DNA from: Candidatus Omnitrophota bacterium
GTDB lineage: Bacteria; Omnitrophota; Gorgyraeia; B26-G9
Reading direction: 5' to 3'
Assembly: GCA_018817585.1 (NCBI GenBank)
Contig: JAHITE010000081.1
Span: 68,549 to 132,548 of the forward strand
DNA length: 64,000 nt
The translations under genes and the position numbers were made by a program. Positions 1 to 9,131 of this stretch are shown here, in pieces. Below the pieces are notes generated by a model. It made no database searches. It was not told the origin of the DNA and saw nothing but the letters and a program-made list of their open reading frames with translations. Positions within the stretch are counted from its first letter, which is position 1. Every line of letters begins with the position of its first letter.

Positions 1-1022
1 TAAGGGAAAACATGCACTTTTAAAAAACCGGCTTTTCTCACAAAATCCAGCGTATTCTGGAAGTTTTCCTCGCTTTCTCCGGGAAAACCAACCATAACAT
101 CAGTAGTAAAACATATATCAGGAATACATTGCCTAACCTTTTGGATTTTTTTTAAAAACAAGTCTTGAGTATAGCGTCTGTTCATTTTCTTCAAAATCTG
201 ATCATCTCCGCTTTGTAAAGGAATATGCAGATGCGCGCATAATTTATCTGAATTTATTATTTGTTCAATTAATAAATCGTTAACATGAATTAATTCCACA
301 GAACTTAATCTTAAACGCGGCAATTGTTTTATGCCCAGCAGCTGATTAAGCAGCGCTGATAATCCGCCATTTGATTTTGCTGATTCACAGCCCCACATCC
401 CCAGATTTATCCCAGTCAGAACAATTTCCTTAAATCCTTTTTCTGCCAGCCCGGCTGCTTCTTGGGTGATAATTTCCAAATTTTTGCTTGTCGGCAAACC
501 ACGCATATAAGGCACAATACAATAACTGCAAAAATTATCACAGCCATCCTGAATTTTCACAAAAGCCCGGCTATGGCCCTGAAAATCATTAATCAGCGTT
601 TTTCTACTTATGTTTTTACTTTTCTCAAGTGTTACTTTAGATTCAATGATATTTTGACTATTCCCGGGATTTATCGAGATTTGCTCAATAATTGATAATT
701 TATCATCTTGGCTAACAACATGATCAATCCCGGGCTGAAGACTAATATCCGGATTGTTTTTCGCGAAACAGCCAGTAACAATAATTTTGGTCAAAGGGTT
801 TTTTTTACGCAGAGAACGCAGAAGATATCGACATTTACGATCAGCAGCAGCTGTTACTGTACAGCCATTAATAATAAGATAATCCGGATCTTGGTTGGTT
901 TCGCTAAAACCCTGAGCCAAAAACTGCTCTCTGATCAATTGAGTTTCATACTGATTTACTTTACAGCCAAAGGTGTAAAACTGGCAGGTTTTCCCATTAT
1001 TTTTTTTTTGATTCAAACTCAT
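1..1022 (-). CDS. mtaB: tRNA methylthiotransferase, MtaB-like (radical SAM MiaB family); C-terminus runs off the window start
   Basis: Minus-strand translation from ATG at 1022: MSLNQKKNNGKTCQFYTFGCKVNQYETQLIREQF... The N-terminal MTTase Cys triad is present, and CDNFCSYCIVP is the radical SAM CxxxCxxC. There is no stop before position 1. The plus-strand ORFs at 462..695 and 708..1118 are shadow ORFs. Confidence 0.75.
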   Translation of the reverse strand, partial: MSLNQKKNNGKTCQFYTFGCKVNQYETQLIREQFLAQGFSETNQDPDYLIINGCTVTAAADRKCRYLLRSLRKKNPLTKIIVTGCFAKNNPDISLQPGIDHVVSQDDKLSIIEQISINPGNSQNIIESKVTLEKSKNISRKTLINDFQGHSRAFVKIQDGCDNFCSYCIVPYMRGLPTSKNLEIITQEAAGLAEKGFKEIVLTGINLGMWGCESAKSNGGLSALLNQLLGIKQLPRLRLSSVELIHVNDLLIEQIINSDKLCAHLHIPLQSGDDQILKKMNRRYTQDLFLKKIQKVRQCIPDICFTTDVMVGFPGESEENFQNTLDFVRKAGFLKVHVFP

Positions 1023-1046
1023 CTAAACAGCCGATTTCTTTTACAG

Positions 1047-1541
1047 TTATTTATAAGCCCAGGTAACTTCATCTATATCCCGATTATAAACAGCAGTGCC
1101 GTATACAATATTTTCTAAATCCCGAAAACAAATCACTTTAATATTTATATCTTCCAGTTCCGGATATTCCTGCTCAAGTCCCAGGATCATTTCCATGGCT
1201 AATTTTTTAACAATTAACATTGATTTTGTTTTTAATTTTAAATTAATCGTAAATGCCAGAAATTTCTCACCAAAACGTAGATCCTCAATATCAAAATTTT
1301 GCTGATAATCTCTCCATCCATTTATGAATTCCATCAAATATAACTGACTTATTTGCTGCTTAGCTTGCGGCTTAACCGGCGCTTTGGAAGCAACATGATA
1401 CATAATTATCACAAAAAAATATAAAAAAATTACCAGCAGAAATATCAAAAGCTTCCGCTGTTCTTTTAGAAAAAAGTTCTTAGCTTTATCCAATAGGCCG
1501 TCGATTATTATTTTTATTGAAGTTTTAGGTTTTCCATTCAT
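1047..1541 (-). CDS. hypothetical membrane-anchored protein (one N-terminal TM helix)
   Basis: 164-aa ORF. Hydrophobic segment LLIFLLVIFLYFFVIIMY near the N-terminus. No recognisable motif. Overlaps rsmE by 17 bp. Confidence 0.4.
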   Translation of the reverse strand: MNGKPKTSIKIIIDGLLDKAKNFFLKEQRKLLIFLLVIFLYFFVIIMYHVASKAPVKPQAKQQISQLYLMEFINGWRDYQQNFDIEDLRFGEKFLAFTINLKLKTKSMLIVKKLAMEMILGLEQEYPELEDINIKVICFRDLENIVYGTAVYNRDIDEVTWAYK

Positions 1542-2253
1542 AATTTAATATTGATAATACCATAGTTGAAGCAGTTTCGCACCTTAAAACATTTTTTCCC
1601 AATGATACAGCAATCGCGCCGGAATCACAGGCAAATTTCACTTCCTGCTGAGTAAAATCGCCCTCTGGCCCAATTAAAACCAGAACAGACTCAGGTTTTT
1701 CTTTTTTAAAAACATCTTTTATGAAAACCACCTGAGCAGACAAAGCCGCGATTATTGCTAAATCAAATTTAACCGCGTTTTTCGCTATTTGATTAAAGCT
1801 ATGGATTGGCGCGATTCGCGGCACATATAAACAGCCGCATTGTTTAGCCGCTTCAATCGCGATTTTCTGCCAGCGAATTATTTTATCATTTTGTTTAAGT
1901 AAATCAGGTTTTACGATTGTCCGCTCGCTGATCAACGGAATCAGCATATCCACTCCCAGCTGAGTAGCTTTATCAACAATCGCGTCAAACTTAGATTGCT
2001 TGGGAATTGCCGCAGCCAAGGTAATTTTCGGTAATGGAGGCTCAAAGTGCGATAATTTCTCAATTGCGATTACTGCTGAATTAGAATTGATTGTTTCTAA
2101 AGCCCCTCTATATTGATTACCTTTACCGTCAAAAGCAGTAACTTGATCCCCTATTTTGAGTCTTAGCACTTTATGCGCGTGCTTTGCCTGTTCAGCAGAT
2201 ATAAACACTTTATGGGCCTTTAGATCCACTTTATCAATGTAAAAACAATGCAT
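1525..2253 (-). CDS. rsmE: 16S rRNA (uracil1498-N3)-methyltransferase RsmE
   Basis: 242 aa. PUA-like N-terminal region and a SPOUT C-terminal region with LIGPEGDFTQQE, the RsmE family signature. Confidence 0.8.
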   Translation of the reverse strand: MHCFYIDKVDLKAHKVFISAEQAKHAHKVLRLKIGDQVTAFDGKGNQYRGALETINSNSAVIAIEKLSHFEPPLPKITLAAAIPKQSKFDAIVDKATQLGVDMLIPLISERTIVKPDLLKQNDKIIRWQKIAIEAAKQCGCLYVPRIAPIHSFNQIAKNAVKFDLAIIAALSAQVVFIKDVFKKEKPESVLVLIGPEGDFTQQEVKFACDSGAIAVSLGKNVLRCETASTMVLSILNYEWKT

Positions 2254-2290
2254 TTTTACCCCGATTTTTTATTTAGTTAAGCTGCATAAT

Positions 2291-2330
2291 ATTAAAGTGG
2301 ACGGCAATTAATATTACCGTCCACTTTAAT
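2291..2330 (-). terminator. perfect 14-bp stem hairpin downstream of the pilin gene
   Basis: attaaagtggacgg / 12-nt loop / ccgtccactttaat. It lies in the pilin-rsmE intergenic region. An A/T-rich but not poly-U tail follows on the minus strand. Confidence 0.45.
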
Positions 2331-2352
2331 ATATCATCCTACAAACTTATGA

Positions 2353-2733
2353 TTAAGGCCAGAGATGCTCTGCATAAGTACCAACCTGCGGACATGTAGC
2401 ATGATCAGGCGTACTTGGAACTTCTGTACCTACAACAAGTGTATATGAAGTTTGTGTCTCAGCTTCATATGGGCAAAACGGCTCAGCCGCGATATAACCC
2501 CAATCCACTAGATCGTCCGGAGCATAAGTCGCCCAGGCAATACTCTTATTTTCCTTTGCTTCATAAGTTGCCATTGCTGAAGCTAAACCGCGTAAGTTTG
2601 CAATACAAACCTTTGTATTGGCATCCTCACGTACATCCGCGAATCTAGGTAATATCAGAGCTACCAAAATACCTAGAATAGCAATAACGATCAAAAGTTC
2701 AATTAATGTAAAACCTTTTCTATTCATCACCAT
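2353..2733 (-). CDS. type IV pilin / pseudopilin (prepilin-type N-terminal methylation domain)
   Basis: 126 aa. N-terminus MVMNRKGFTLIELLIVIAILGIL matches the class III signal peptide (G|FTLIELL, Glu at +5). Paralog of the adjacent gene. Confidence 0.85.
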   Translation of the reverse strand: MVMNRKGFTLIELLIVIAILGILVALILPRFADVREDANTKVCIANLRGLASAMATYEAKENKSIAWATYAPDDLVDWGYIAAEPFCPYEAETQTSYTLVVGTEVPSTPDHATCPQVGTYAEHLWP

Positions 2734-2763
2734 CCACCCCCTTTTATTTTTACTGCTTTTAAA

Positions 2764-3144
2764 TTAAGGCCATACATGATCTGCATAGCTACCCACATTT
2801 GGACAAGTAACCCGGTCAGTCAATCCGCCGCCGCTGGCTACTAATGTATAACTAACCGGAGAACTTTCACCATCTTCATAAGGACAGCGCGGTTCAGTAG
2901 CTATATAACCCCAATCAACTAAACTAGCTACAGTATAAGGTACGCTTCCCCAATTGGCATCAGTATTCTGCCGGGTTTCATATATTGCCATCGCGGAAAC
3001 TAATCCGCGCATATTAGCCACACAAACTTTTGAATTCGCGTCTTCCCGCACATCAGCAAAGCGCGGCAGAATAAGGGAAACCAGAATACCTAAAATGGCG
3101 ATAACAATCAGCAGCTCAATCAACGTAAAGCCTTTTGTTTTCAC
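2764..3144 (-). CDS. type IV pilin (major pilin candidate)
   Basis: 126 aa. MKTKGFTLIELLIVIAILGILVSLILPRFADVRE... Identical prepilin leader and hydrophobic helix to the neighbour. Shared Cys-Pro-Tyr-Glu and a C-terminal WP. Confidence 0.85.
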   Translation of the reverse strand: MKTKGFTLIELLIVIAILGILVSLILPRFADVREDANSKVCVANMRGLVSAMAIYETRQNTDANWGSVPYTVASLVDWGYIATEPRCPYEDGESSPVSYTLVASGGGLTDRVTCPNVGSYADHVWP

Positions 3145-3215
3145 CCCTTCCCTCCTTTTTTATATAATATTCGCGTGTTTTTGTCAAGCAATTTATTGTG
3201 GAACACTTAAAGTTA

Positions 3216-3233
3216 AGCAAATAACATGCCAAT
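3216..3233 (-). promoter_or_regulatory. sigma54 (-24/-12) promoter candidate upstream of the tandem pilin genes
   Basis: The minus strand reads TTGGCAT-gttat-TTGCT. Consensus is TGGCAC-N5-TTGCW, with GG and GC exactly 5 nt apart. It sits about 70-85 bp upstream of the pilin ATG at 3144. A sigma54 activator (PilR-like) is encoded 1.4 kb away. Confidence 0.6.
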
Positions 3234-3357
3234 TTTTTATTTTTCTTCAGTCGATAATGCGCCGCACAGAATAATTAAATCCGCAGCCGCGGAGTAGATC
3301 CTTACTCATTCAAATATATCTGAGTAAGCTTTTACCCAATACAGCAAGGCTAATGCT

Positions 3358-4575
3358 TTAATGAATAACCTTAACCAAATTAAACATCGGCAAAAATAAA
3401 GAAAGCGCGATCATGCCAACTATGCCTCCGATAAAAATCAATAAAACCGGTTCAATAATCGAGCTTAATCTTTTTACAGTACTGTCAACTTCGCTATCAT
3501 AAAAATCCGCGATTTTATTTAAAATCGTATCTAAAGTTCCTGATTCTTCGCCAATCGAAACCATATGCCCGACCATTGGAGGAAAAATTTTATTATCGCG
3601 CAAAGGACTGGACATGCTTTCTCCGCGGTTAACATTATCGGCCACAATATTGACGATTTTAGCAATTGCCGCGTTGCCCACAGTAGTTTCCACGATTCTT
3701 AATGATTGAAGAATCGGCACCCCACTGTTAATCAAGGTTCCCAAAGTTCTGGCAAAACGGGAAATACCCGCTTTTTTAATAATTGTGCCGAATACAGGAA
3801 TTCTCAGGATAAACAACTCAATATTGTATTTACCCGCCGGAGTTTTTCGATATCTTAAAAAAAACACAATAAGCCCAACCAGCACAGCCGCAATAGCATA
3901 CCATTTCTCTCTCAACCAATGACTAATCGTTAGTAAAATTTGCGTGGGCAAAGGCAAAGCAACATCCATTGATTTAAATAGTATTTCAAATTTAGGAAAA
4001 ACTCCCATAACTAAAAACAGGACAACCCCGGTTGTGACCATAATAATCAAAACCGGATAAGTCAATGCGGTTTTAACATTCATACTTATTTCTTCGCTCT
4101 GCTCAGCAAACATAGCTAATCGACGCAGGATTTCTTCCAAAGCACCGCCGGTTTCTCCGGCGTTTATCATATTCACGAATAAAGTAGAAAATACTTTAGG
4201 ATGCTTTTCCAATGCCGATGAAAAAGATATTCCCGACTCAACATCATCACGCACTTTAATAATAACTTCCTGAAGCTTTTTATTTTCAACCTGCTGTGAA
4301 AGCACATTTAAACTTGTAACCAAGGTCAAGCCTGAGCCAATCATTGTTGCCAGCTGATTATTAAAAATAACCAGATCACGCGGTTTAACCCGAGCGAATT
4401 TTTCAAAAATATCCACATCCAAAGCACTTTGCTGCGCACGATCTTCTTTAATCGAAACTACAAAGTATCCCATCTGTCTAAGCTTATCAGCAACAATACT
4501 CCGATTAGGAGCATCTAATTTACCGCTAAGCAGTTTTCCTGATGCTTCCCGCGCTTTATAATCAAATACCGGCAT
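3358..4575 (-). CDS. pilC: type IV pilus assembly platform protein PilC (GspF family)
   Basis: 405 aa, a polytopic membrane protein with the duplicated T2SSF domain architecture. Sits in the pilBTC context. Confidence 0.85.
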   Translation of the reverse strand: MPVFDYKAREASGKLLSGKLDAPNRSIVADKLRQMGYFVVSIKEDRAQQSALDVDIFEKFARVKPRDLVIFNNQLATMIGSGLTLVTSLNVLSQQVENKKLQEVIIKVRDDVESGISFSSALEKHPKVFSTLFVNMINAGETGGALEEILRRLAMFAEQSEEISMNVKTALTYPVLIIMVTTGVVLFLVMGVFPKFEILFKSMDVALPLPTQILLTISHWLREKWYAIAAVLVGLIVFFLRYRKTPAGKYNIELFILRIPVFGTIIKKAGISRFARTLGTLINSGVPILQSLRIVETTVGNAAIAKIVNIVADNVNRGESMSSPLRDNKIFPPMVGHMVSIGEESGTLDTILNKIADFYDSEVDSTVKRLSSIIEPVLLIFIGGIVGMIALSLFLPMFNLVKVIH

Positions 4576-4578
4576 TAT

Positions 4579-5970
4579 TTATTCCTCTTCTTCCAACAAA
4601 TTGCATCTTTTCATTTTATTAAATAAACTTTTTCTGCTTATTTTCAAAAGCCGCGAAGCCTCGGTGCGGTTCCAATTAGTTTTTTTCAAAGCTTTGATAA
4701 TTATTTGTTTTTCCACATCATCAACAATATCTTTTACTGTGTCCAGCAATGATTTGGAAAAATCTACTGACTCAGTGGGAATTTTTATCTCATTATCCAG
4801 ACACTGGATATAAAACGGCAGATCCTGCTTAGTAAGCATATCTTTTTCCGCTAAAACAATCGCCCTCTGGAGCACATTTTCCAATTCCCGGATATTACCC
4901 GGCCAGGAATATTTCATTAAAAGCTCCATTGCCTCCAAAGAAATATGTTTAATCGCTTTATTAAATTCCTGATTGAATTTATGCATAAAATACTCAAACA
5001 ATAAAGGAATATCCTCCCGCCGTTGGCGCAAAGCCGGCAATTGGAGATTGACTACATTGATCCGATAATAAAGATCTTCTCTGAATTCACTTTCCTTTAC
5101 TCCCCGGAATAAATCCTTATTTGTCGCGGCAATAATCCGGACATCAACCTTAATCAGCTGAGTTGAGCCGACTCTTTCAAATTCTTTTTCCTGCAAAGCT
5201 CTTAATACTTTGGCCTGGGTGGACAAACTCATATCTCCAATTTCATCAAGAAAAATCGTCCCGGTATTCGCGGCTTCAAATCTACCGATTTTCTTGGCTG
5301 AGGCATCAGTGAACGCCCCTTTTTCATGACCGAATAATTCGCTTTCCAAAAGACCATCGGGAATTGCCGCGCAGTTTATTTTTACAAACGGATTGCTTTT
5401 TCGCGCGCTGTTGAAATGAATCGCCCGGGCAGCCAGTTCTTTGCCAGTACCGCTTTCCCCTTGGATTAAAACAGTCACCTCGCTATTTACTACTTTTTTC
5501 ATTATTTCAAAAACTTCCCGCATTTTACCGCTATTGCCGATTATCTCGTCAAAATCATAACGTTTATGCAATTCGTCTTTTAGCTGTCTATTTTCGCGAT
5601 TAAGCCTTGAACATTCCAGCGAGCGGCTGATGATCAAACGTAATTCATCAATATCAAAAGGCTTGGTAAAATAGTCATACGCTCCCTTTTTTACAGCCTC
5701 AATAGCGATTTTCTGCGCGCCATAAGCAGTAATAATTACAATTTGCTGCTGCGGACTTATTTGCTTTATCCGGGAAAGAACTTCAAACCCGTCAATCCCC
5801 GGCATCTTAACATCCAAAGTAATTAAATCAAACTTATCCGGCTGATAAAGTTCCAGCGCTTGTTCTCCGGAAACAGCCGAACTAACGTCATATCCTTCTT
5901 TTTTTAAAGCTTCTTCCAGCAAAAAACGAAAGCTTTGATCATCATCCACAACTAAAATTTTTGCCGCCAT
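4579..5970 (-). CDS. pilR: sigma54-dependent response regulator (PilR/NtrC family)
   Basis: Receiver domain (ILVVDDD...D54 context), AAA+ sigma54-interaction domain (GESGTGKE Walker A, ESELFGHEKGAFTDA) and a C-terminal Fis-type HTH. Confidence 0.85.
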   Translation of the reverse strand: MAAKILVVDDDQSFRFLLEEALKKEGYDVSSAVSGEQALELYQPDKFDLITLDVKMPGIDGFEVLSRIKQISPQQQIVIITAYGAQKIAIEAVKKGAYDYFTKPFDIDELRLIISRSLECSRLNRENRQLKDELHKRYDFDEIIGNSGKMREVFEIMKKVVNSEVTVLIQGESGTGKELAARAIHFNSARKSNPFVKINCAAIPDGLLESELFGHEKGAFTDASAKKIGRFEAANTGTIFLDEIGDMSLSTQAKVLRALQEKEFERVGSTQLIKVDVRIIAATNKDLFRGVKESEFREDLYYRINVVNLQLPALRQRREDIPLLFEYFMHKFNQEFNKAIKHISLEAMELLMKYSWPGNIRELENVLQRAIVLAEKDMLTKQDLPFYIQCLDNEIKIPTESVDFSKSLLDTVKDIVDDVEKQIIIKALKKTNWNRTEASRLLKISRKSLFNKMKRCNLLEEEE

Positions 5971-5972
5971 AC

Positions 5973-7421
5973 TTATCCCTTTAACTGTTTAATCGGAAAA
6001 CTAATGATGAATTTTGTGCCTTTATCAATTTTACTTTCCACATCAATCTTACCCTTATGCGTTGATATGATTTGATGGGTTATCGTTAAACCCAATCCTG
6101 TGCCGCCTGGTTTAGCTGTAAAAAACGGATCGAATATTTTCGCCAGATTATTCGCGTCAATTCCTGAACCGGTGTCGGCAAAAATAACTTTTGCTGTTTT
6201 TATATCCGGCTTATATTCGGTTTTAATTGTCAGGTTTCCCACATTTTCCATTGCCGAAAACGCGTTCATAATCAAATTCAAAAACGCCTGCTGGAGTTTT
6301 TTTGAATCCGCGGAAATTAAGGGCAAATCCAGAGCATAATCTTTAATAATTTTAATCTTTTCCTTTTTGCTGTCATGCGCTGCCAAAAGCAGAGTTTGCT
6401 CAATAACTTCATTTAGATTTAATTCAGCAAAATTCACTTCCAATTCAGAATCATCCGGGCGGGCAAAACTTAAAAGTTCTTCAACAACTTTATTCAAACG
6501 ATCAACTTCTTTGACAATCACTGTGGCGTAGGAAATTTTAGGATCATCTGCCTTTAAATCCTCGGCCAGCAACTGAACCAATCCTTTAATTGAGCCTAAC
6601 GGATTTCTGATTTCATGCGCTATGCCCGCGGCCAGACTGCCCACAGCCGCCAGACGGTCGGCGCGGCGCATCTGCTCTTCCAGATGCTTAATATGCTCCA
6701 AATCTTTAAACGTAACAACTATGCCAAGAAAAGTATTTTTTTTATCTCTTAATAAAGATGTTGTTATTCCTATGGGGATTTTTTTCCCGCTTAAAGAAAA
6801 TATATTTATTTCCCGCGATGAACTTGTTTGCTTTTGTTCAAGTGTATCTCGGATAATTTTAGTTAAATCAGAATTATTACCCTCCAAAGGAAAAACCTCA
6901 AATACAGATTTACCAACAATTTCTTCAGCTTCATATCCTAGTATTAACTCTGCCGAACGATTAAAGGTAGCAATCATCCCTTTCATATTAATCGTTATAA
7001 CCCCGCCAGTCATACTGTCGATTATATGTTCATTCAAGGAAGAGACCATGGCATTAAACGATTTGCCCAAAGCCCCGATTTCATCTTCAGTATTAACCTG
7101 GACAGTCCTCGATAAATCACCGGTTGCCACCTGCTGAGCACTTGAAGTAAGTCTTTTAATCGGAAGGGTAATCGCATAGGCCAGAATTATTCCAAAGATA
7201 CCGGAGGCAATAGAAGAAAACCAAACCTGTTTGCCCAGAATAAACATAACTTTATTAAAAATATCCGCGTCCAGGGAATCATAAACTAAGTTTTTCACAT
7301 TACCCTGAACAATATAATAAGAGAAAATTTGCGCACCGAAAACAAGAATAACAATCAAAAGCGGAATGGCAATCATCAGGTTTGTTCTCACTCTTTTTTT
7401 AAGTGAGCTGGGTCTTAGCAT
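5973..7421 (-). CDS. pilS: sensor histidine kinase (PilS-like; TM, PAS, HisKA, HATPase)
   Basis: 482 aa. N-terminal TM helix, PAS-like region, H-box AHEIRNPL, N/G boxes (DTGSGID, GGTGLGL). Confidence 0.8.
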   Translation of the reverse strand: MLRPSSLKKRVRTNLMIAIPLLIVILVFGAQIFSYYIVQGNVKNLVYDSLDADIFNKVMFILGKQVWFSSIASGIFGIILAYAITLPIKRLTSSAQQVATGDLSRTVQVNTEDEIGALGKSFNAMVSSLNEHIIDSMTGGVITINMKGMIATFNRSAELILGYEAEEIVGKSVFEVFPLEGNNSDLTKIIRDTLEQKQTSSSREINIFSLSGKKIPIGITTSLLRDKKNTFLGIVVTFKDLEHIKHLEEQMRRADRLAAVGSLAAGIAHEIRNPLGSIKGLVQLLAEDLKADDPKISYATVIVKEVDRLNKVVEELLSFARPDDSELEVNFAELNLNEVIEQTLLLAAHDSKKEKIKIIKDYALDLPLISADSKKLQQAFLNLIMNAFSAMENVGNLTIKTEYKPDIKTAKVIFADTGSGIDANNLAKIFDPFFTAKPGGTGLGLTITHQIISTHKGKIDVESKIDKGTKFIISFPIKQLKG

Positions 7422-7430
7422 ATCAGTATC

Positions 7431-9131
7431 CTATCCTTTTGATTCTTCCGCGGTTGCCCGTAAAACTTCTTCCACAGTAGTAACACCATTTAATACTTTT
7501 TGAAAACCATCTTCTCTTAAGGTTTTCATACCATGTTTTTTTGCAACCTGAGTTAACTCTGAGGTGGAAGCATGCTTTAAGATTAATTCCCGAATCGCAT
7601 TATTTACAATCATCAACTCATAAATCCCGATTCTACCTTTATATCCAGTGCCGCCGCAGCTATCACATCCCGCGCCTTTATAAAAAGTATAGCCTTCTGC
7701 TTTGTGTTCCAGATTTAAGCCACGCAAAACATCTTCATCCGGCTTAAACCCCTGCTTACAGGCAGGACAAATGGTTCGAATCAAGCGCTGGGCAAGAATT
7801 CCGGTTACTGCTGAGGCAACAAGAAACGCGTCAATTTTCATATCAATCAACCGGGTTATTGTTGACGGAGCATTATTAGTATGGATTGTACTTAAAACCA
7901 GATGTCCGGTAAGCGCTGACTGAACAGCGATTTCGGCTGTTTCCAGATCGCGAATTTCTCCAATCATAATCACATTAGGATCCTGACGCAAAAAACTGCG
8001 CAAACCAGCGGCAAAAGTTAGTCCAGCCCGCGGATTGATCTGAACCTGATTAATCATTTTCAACCGATACTCAACCGGATCCTCAACAGTAAGAATATTT
8101 TTCTCAATGGTATTTATCGTATTTAATGCTGAATATAAAGTTGTTGTCTTTCCGCTTGATGTCGGACCAGTTACCAATAACATACCATACGGGCGATGAA
8201 TTAAATTCTGCAGCTGGGCAAGGTTTTCCGGTAAAAACCCCAGTTTGTCCATTTCGACAACTACCATGGATTTATCCAAAACACGCAGAACAATTTTTTC
8301 CCCTAAAACCGTAGGTAATGTGGAAACCCGCAAATCAATTTCTCGGCCTTCAAAAACAAATTTAAACCGGCCATCCTGGGGAATCCTTTTTTCAGAAATA
8401 TCTAAACCCGATACAACTTTTATCCGTGAGATAATCGGCAGCTGAACTTCCTTAGGATAAGTTTTCATTTCCATGAGAAATCCATCAATTCGGCAGCGGA
8501 TCCTTATCTCTTGCTCATCAGGCTCAATATGAATATCTGTGGCTCTTGCTTTAACCGACATCTGGAGAATTTCATTAACCAGATCAATGATTTCCGCCCC
8601 GCCTAAGACAGCGGCTTCCTTGTCTTCAGCCTGATGCCGGGTATATTTATCAGTTGAAACAATACTCTCTTCAGGATCAGAAGCCGCGGCTTGATTGTAA
8701 GCTTTATCAAATATTTTAAGCAATTTAGTTCTGGAACAAATCACCGGATCTATCCGCGAGCGGGTTAACTGCGAAACTTCATCAATCGCAAAAACATTCA
8801 AAGGATCAGCCATGGCAATAGTCAGACTGTCGCCCATTTTATCAATAGCAATCAATTCATACCTGCGGGCGATTTTTTCCGGGATAAGATTAACCACTTC
8901 TAGTTTTAAATTATAACTTGAAATATCAATATGGGCAAGGTCAAGCTGACGGGCTAAAGCAATGATCATTTTCTCTTCACTGAGATAACCTAAATCAATC
9001 AAAGTCTGGCCTAAACGCGAGCCGGCTTTTTTTTGTTCTTCCAAGGCCAGCTGAATCTGCTCTTCGGAAACCAGGCCTTGATCAACCAGATATTCTCCCA
9101 GCAGCTTTTTTCTTACTTTATCAGCTGCCAT
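7431..9131 (-). CDS. pilB: type IV pilus assembly ATPase PilB (GspE family)
   Basis: 566 aa. N-terminal T2SSE_N domain, Walker A GPTSSGKTTT and a C-terminal tetracysteine zinc motif CPACK...CDSCGGTGY. Confidence 0.9.
   Translation of the reverse strand: MAADKVRKKLLGEYLVDQGLVSEEQIQLALEEQKKAGSRLGQTLIDLGYLSEEKMIIALARQLDLAHIDISSYNLKLEVVNLIPEKIARRYELIAIDKMGDSLTIAMADPLNVFAIDEVSQLTRSRIDPVICSRTKLLKIFDKAYNQAAASDPEESIVSTDKYTRHQAEDKEAAVLGGAEIIDLVNEILQMSVKARATDIHIEPDEQEIRIRCRIDGFLMEMKTYPKEVQLPIISRIKVVSGLDISEKRIPQDGRFKFVFEGREIDLRVSTLPTVLGEKIVLRVLDKSMVVVEMDKLGFLPENLAQLQNLIHRPYGMLLVTGPTSSGKTTTLYSALNTINTIEKNILTVEDPVEYRLKMINQVQINPRAGLTFAAGLRSFLRQDPNVIMIGEIRDLETAEIAVQSALTGHLVLSTIHTNNAPSTITRLIDMKIDAFLVASAVTGILAQRLIRTICPACKQGFKPDEDVLRGLNLEHKAEGYTFYKGAGCDSCGGTGYKGRIGIYELMIVNNAIRELILKHASTSELTQVAKKHGMKTLREDGFQKVLNGVTTVEEVLRATAEESKG

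Noticed and set aside
462-1118. Plus-strand ORFs 462..695 and 708..1118 (and 1096..1305)
   Set aside because: They lie antisense to a continuous, motif-rich minus-strand MtaB-like radical SAM gene. They have no RBS and low-complexity translations, so they are shadow ORFs.
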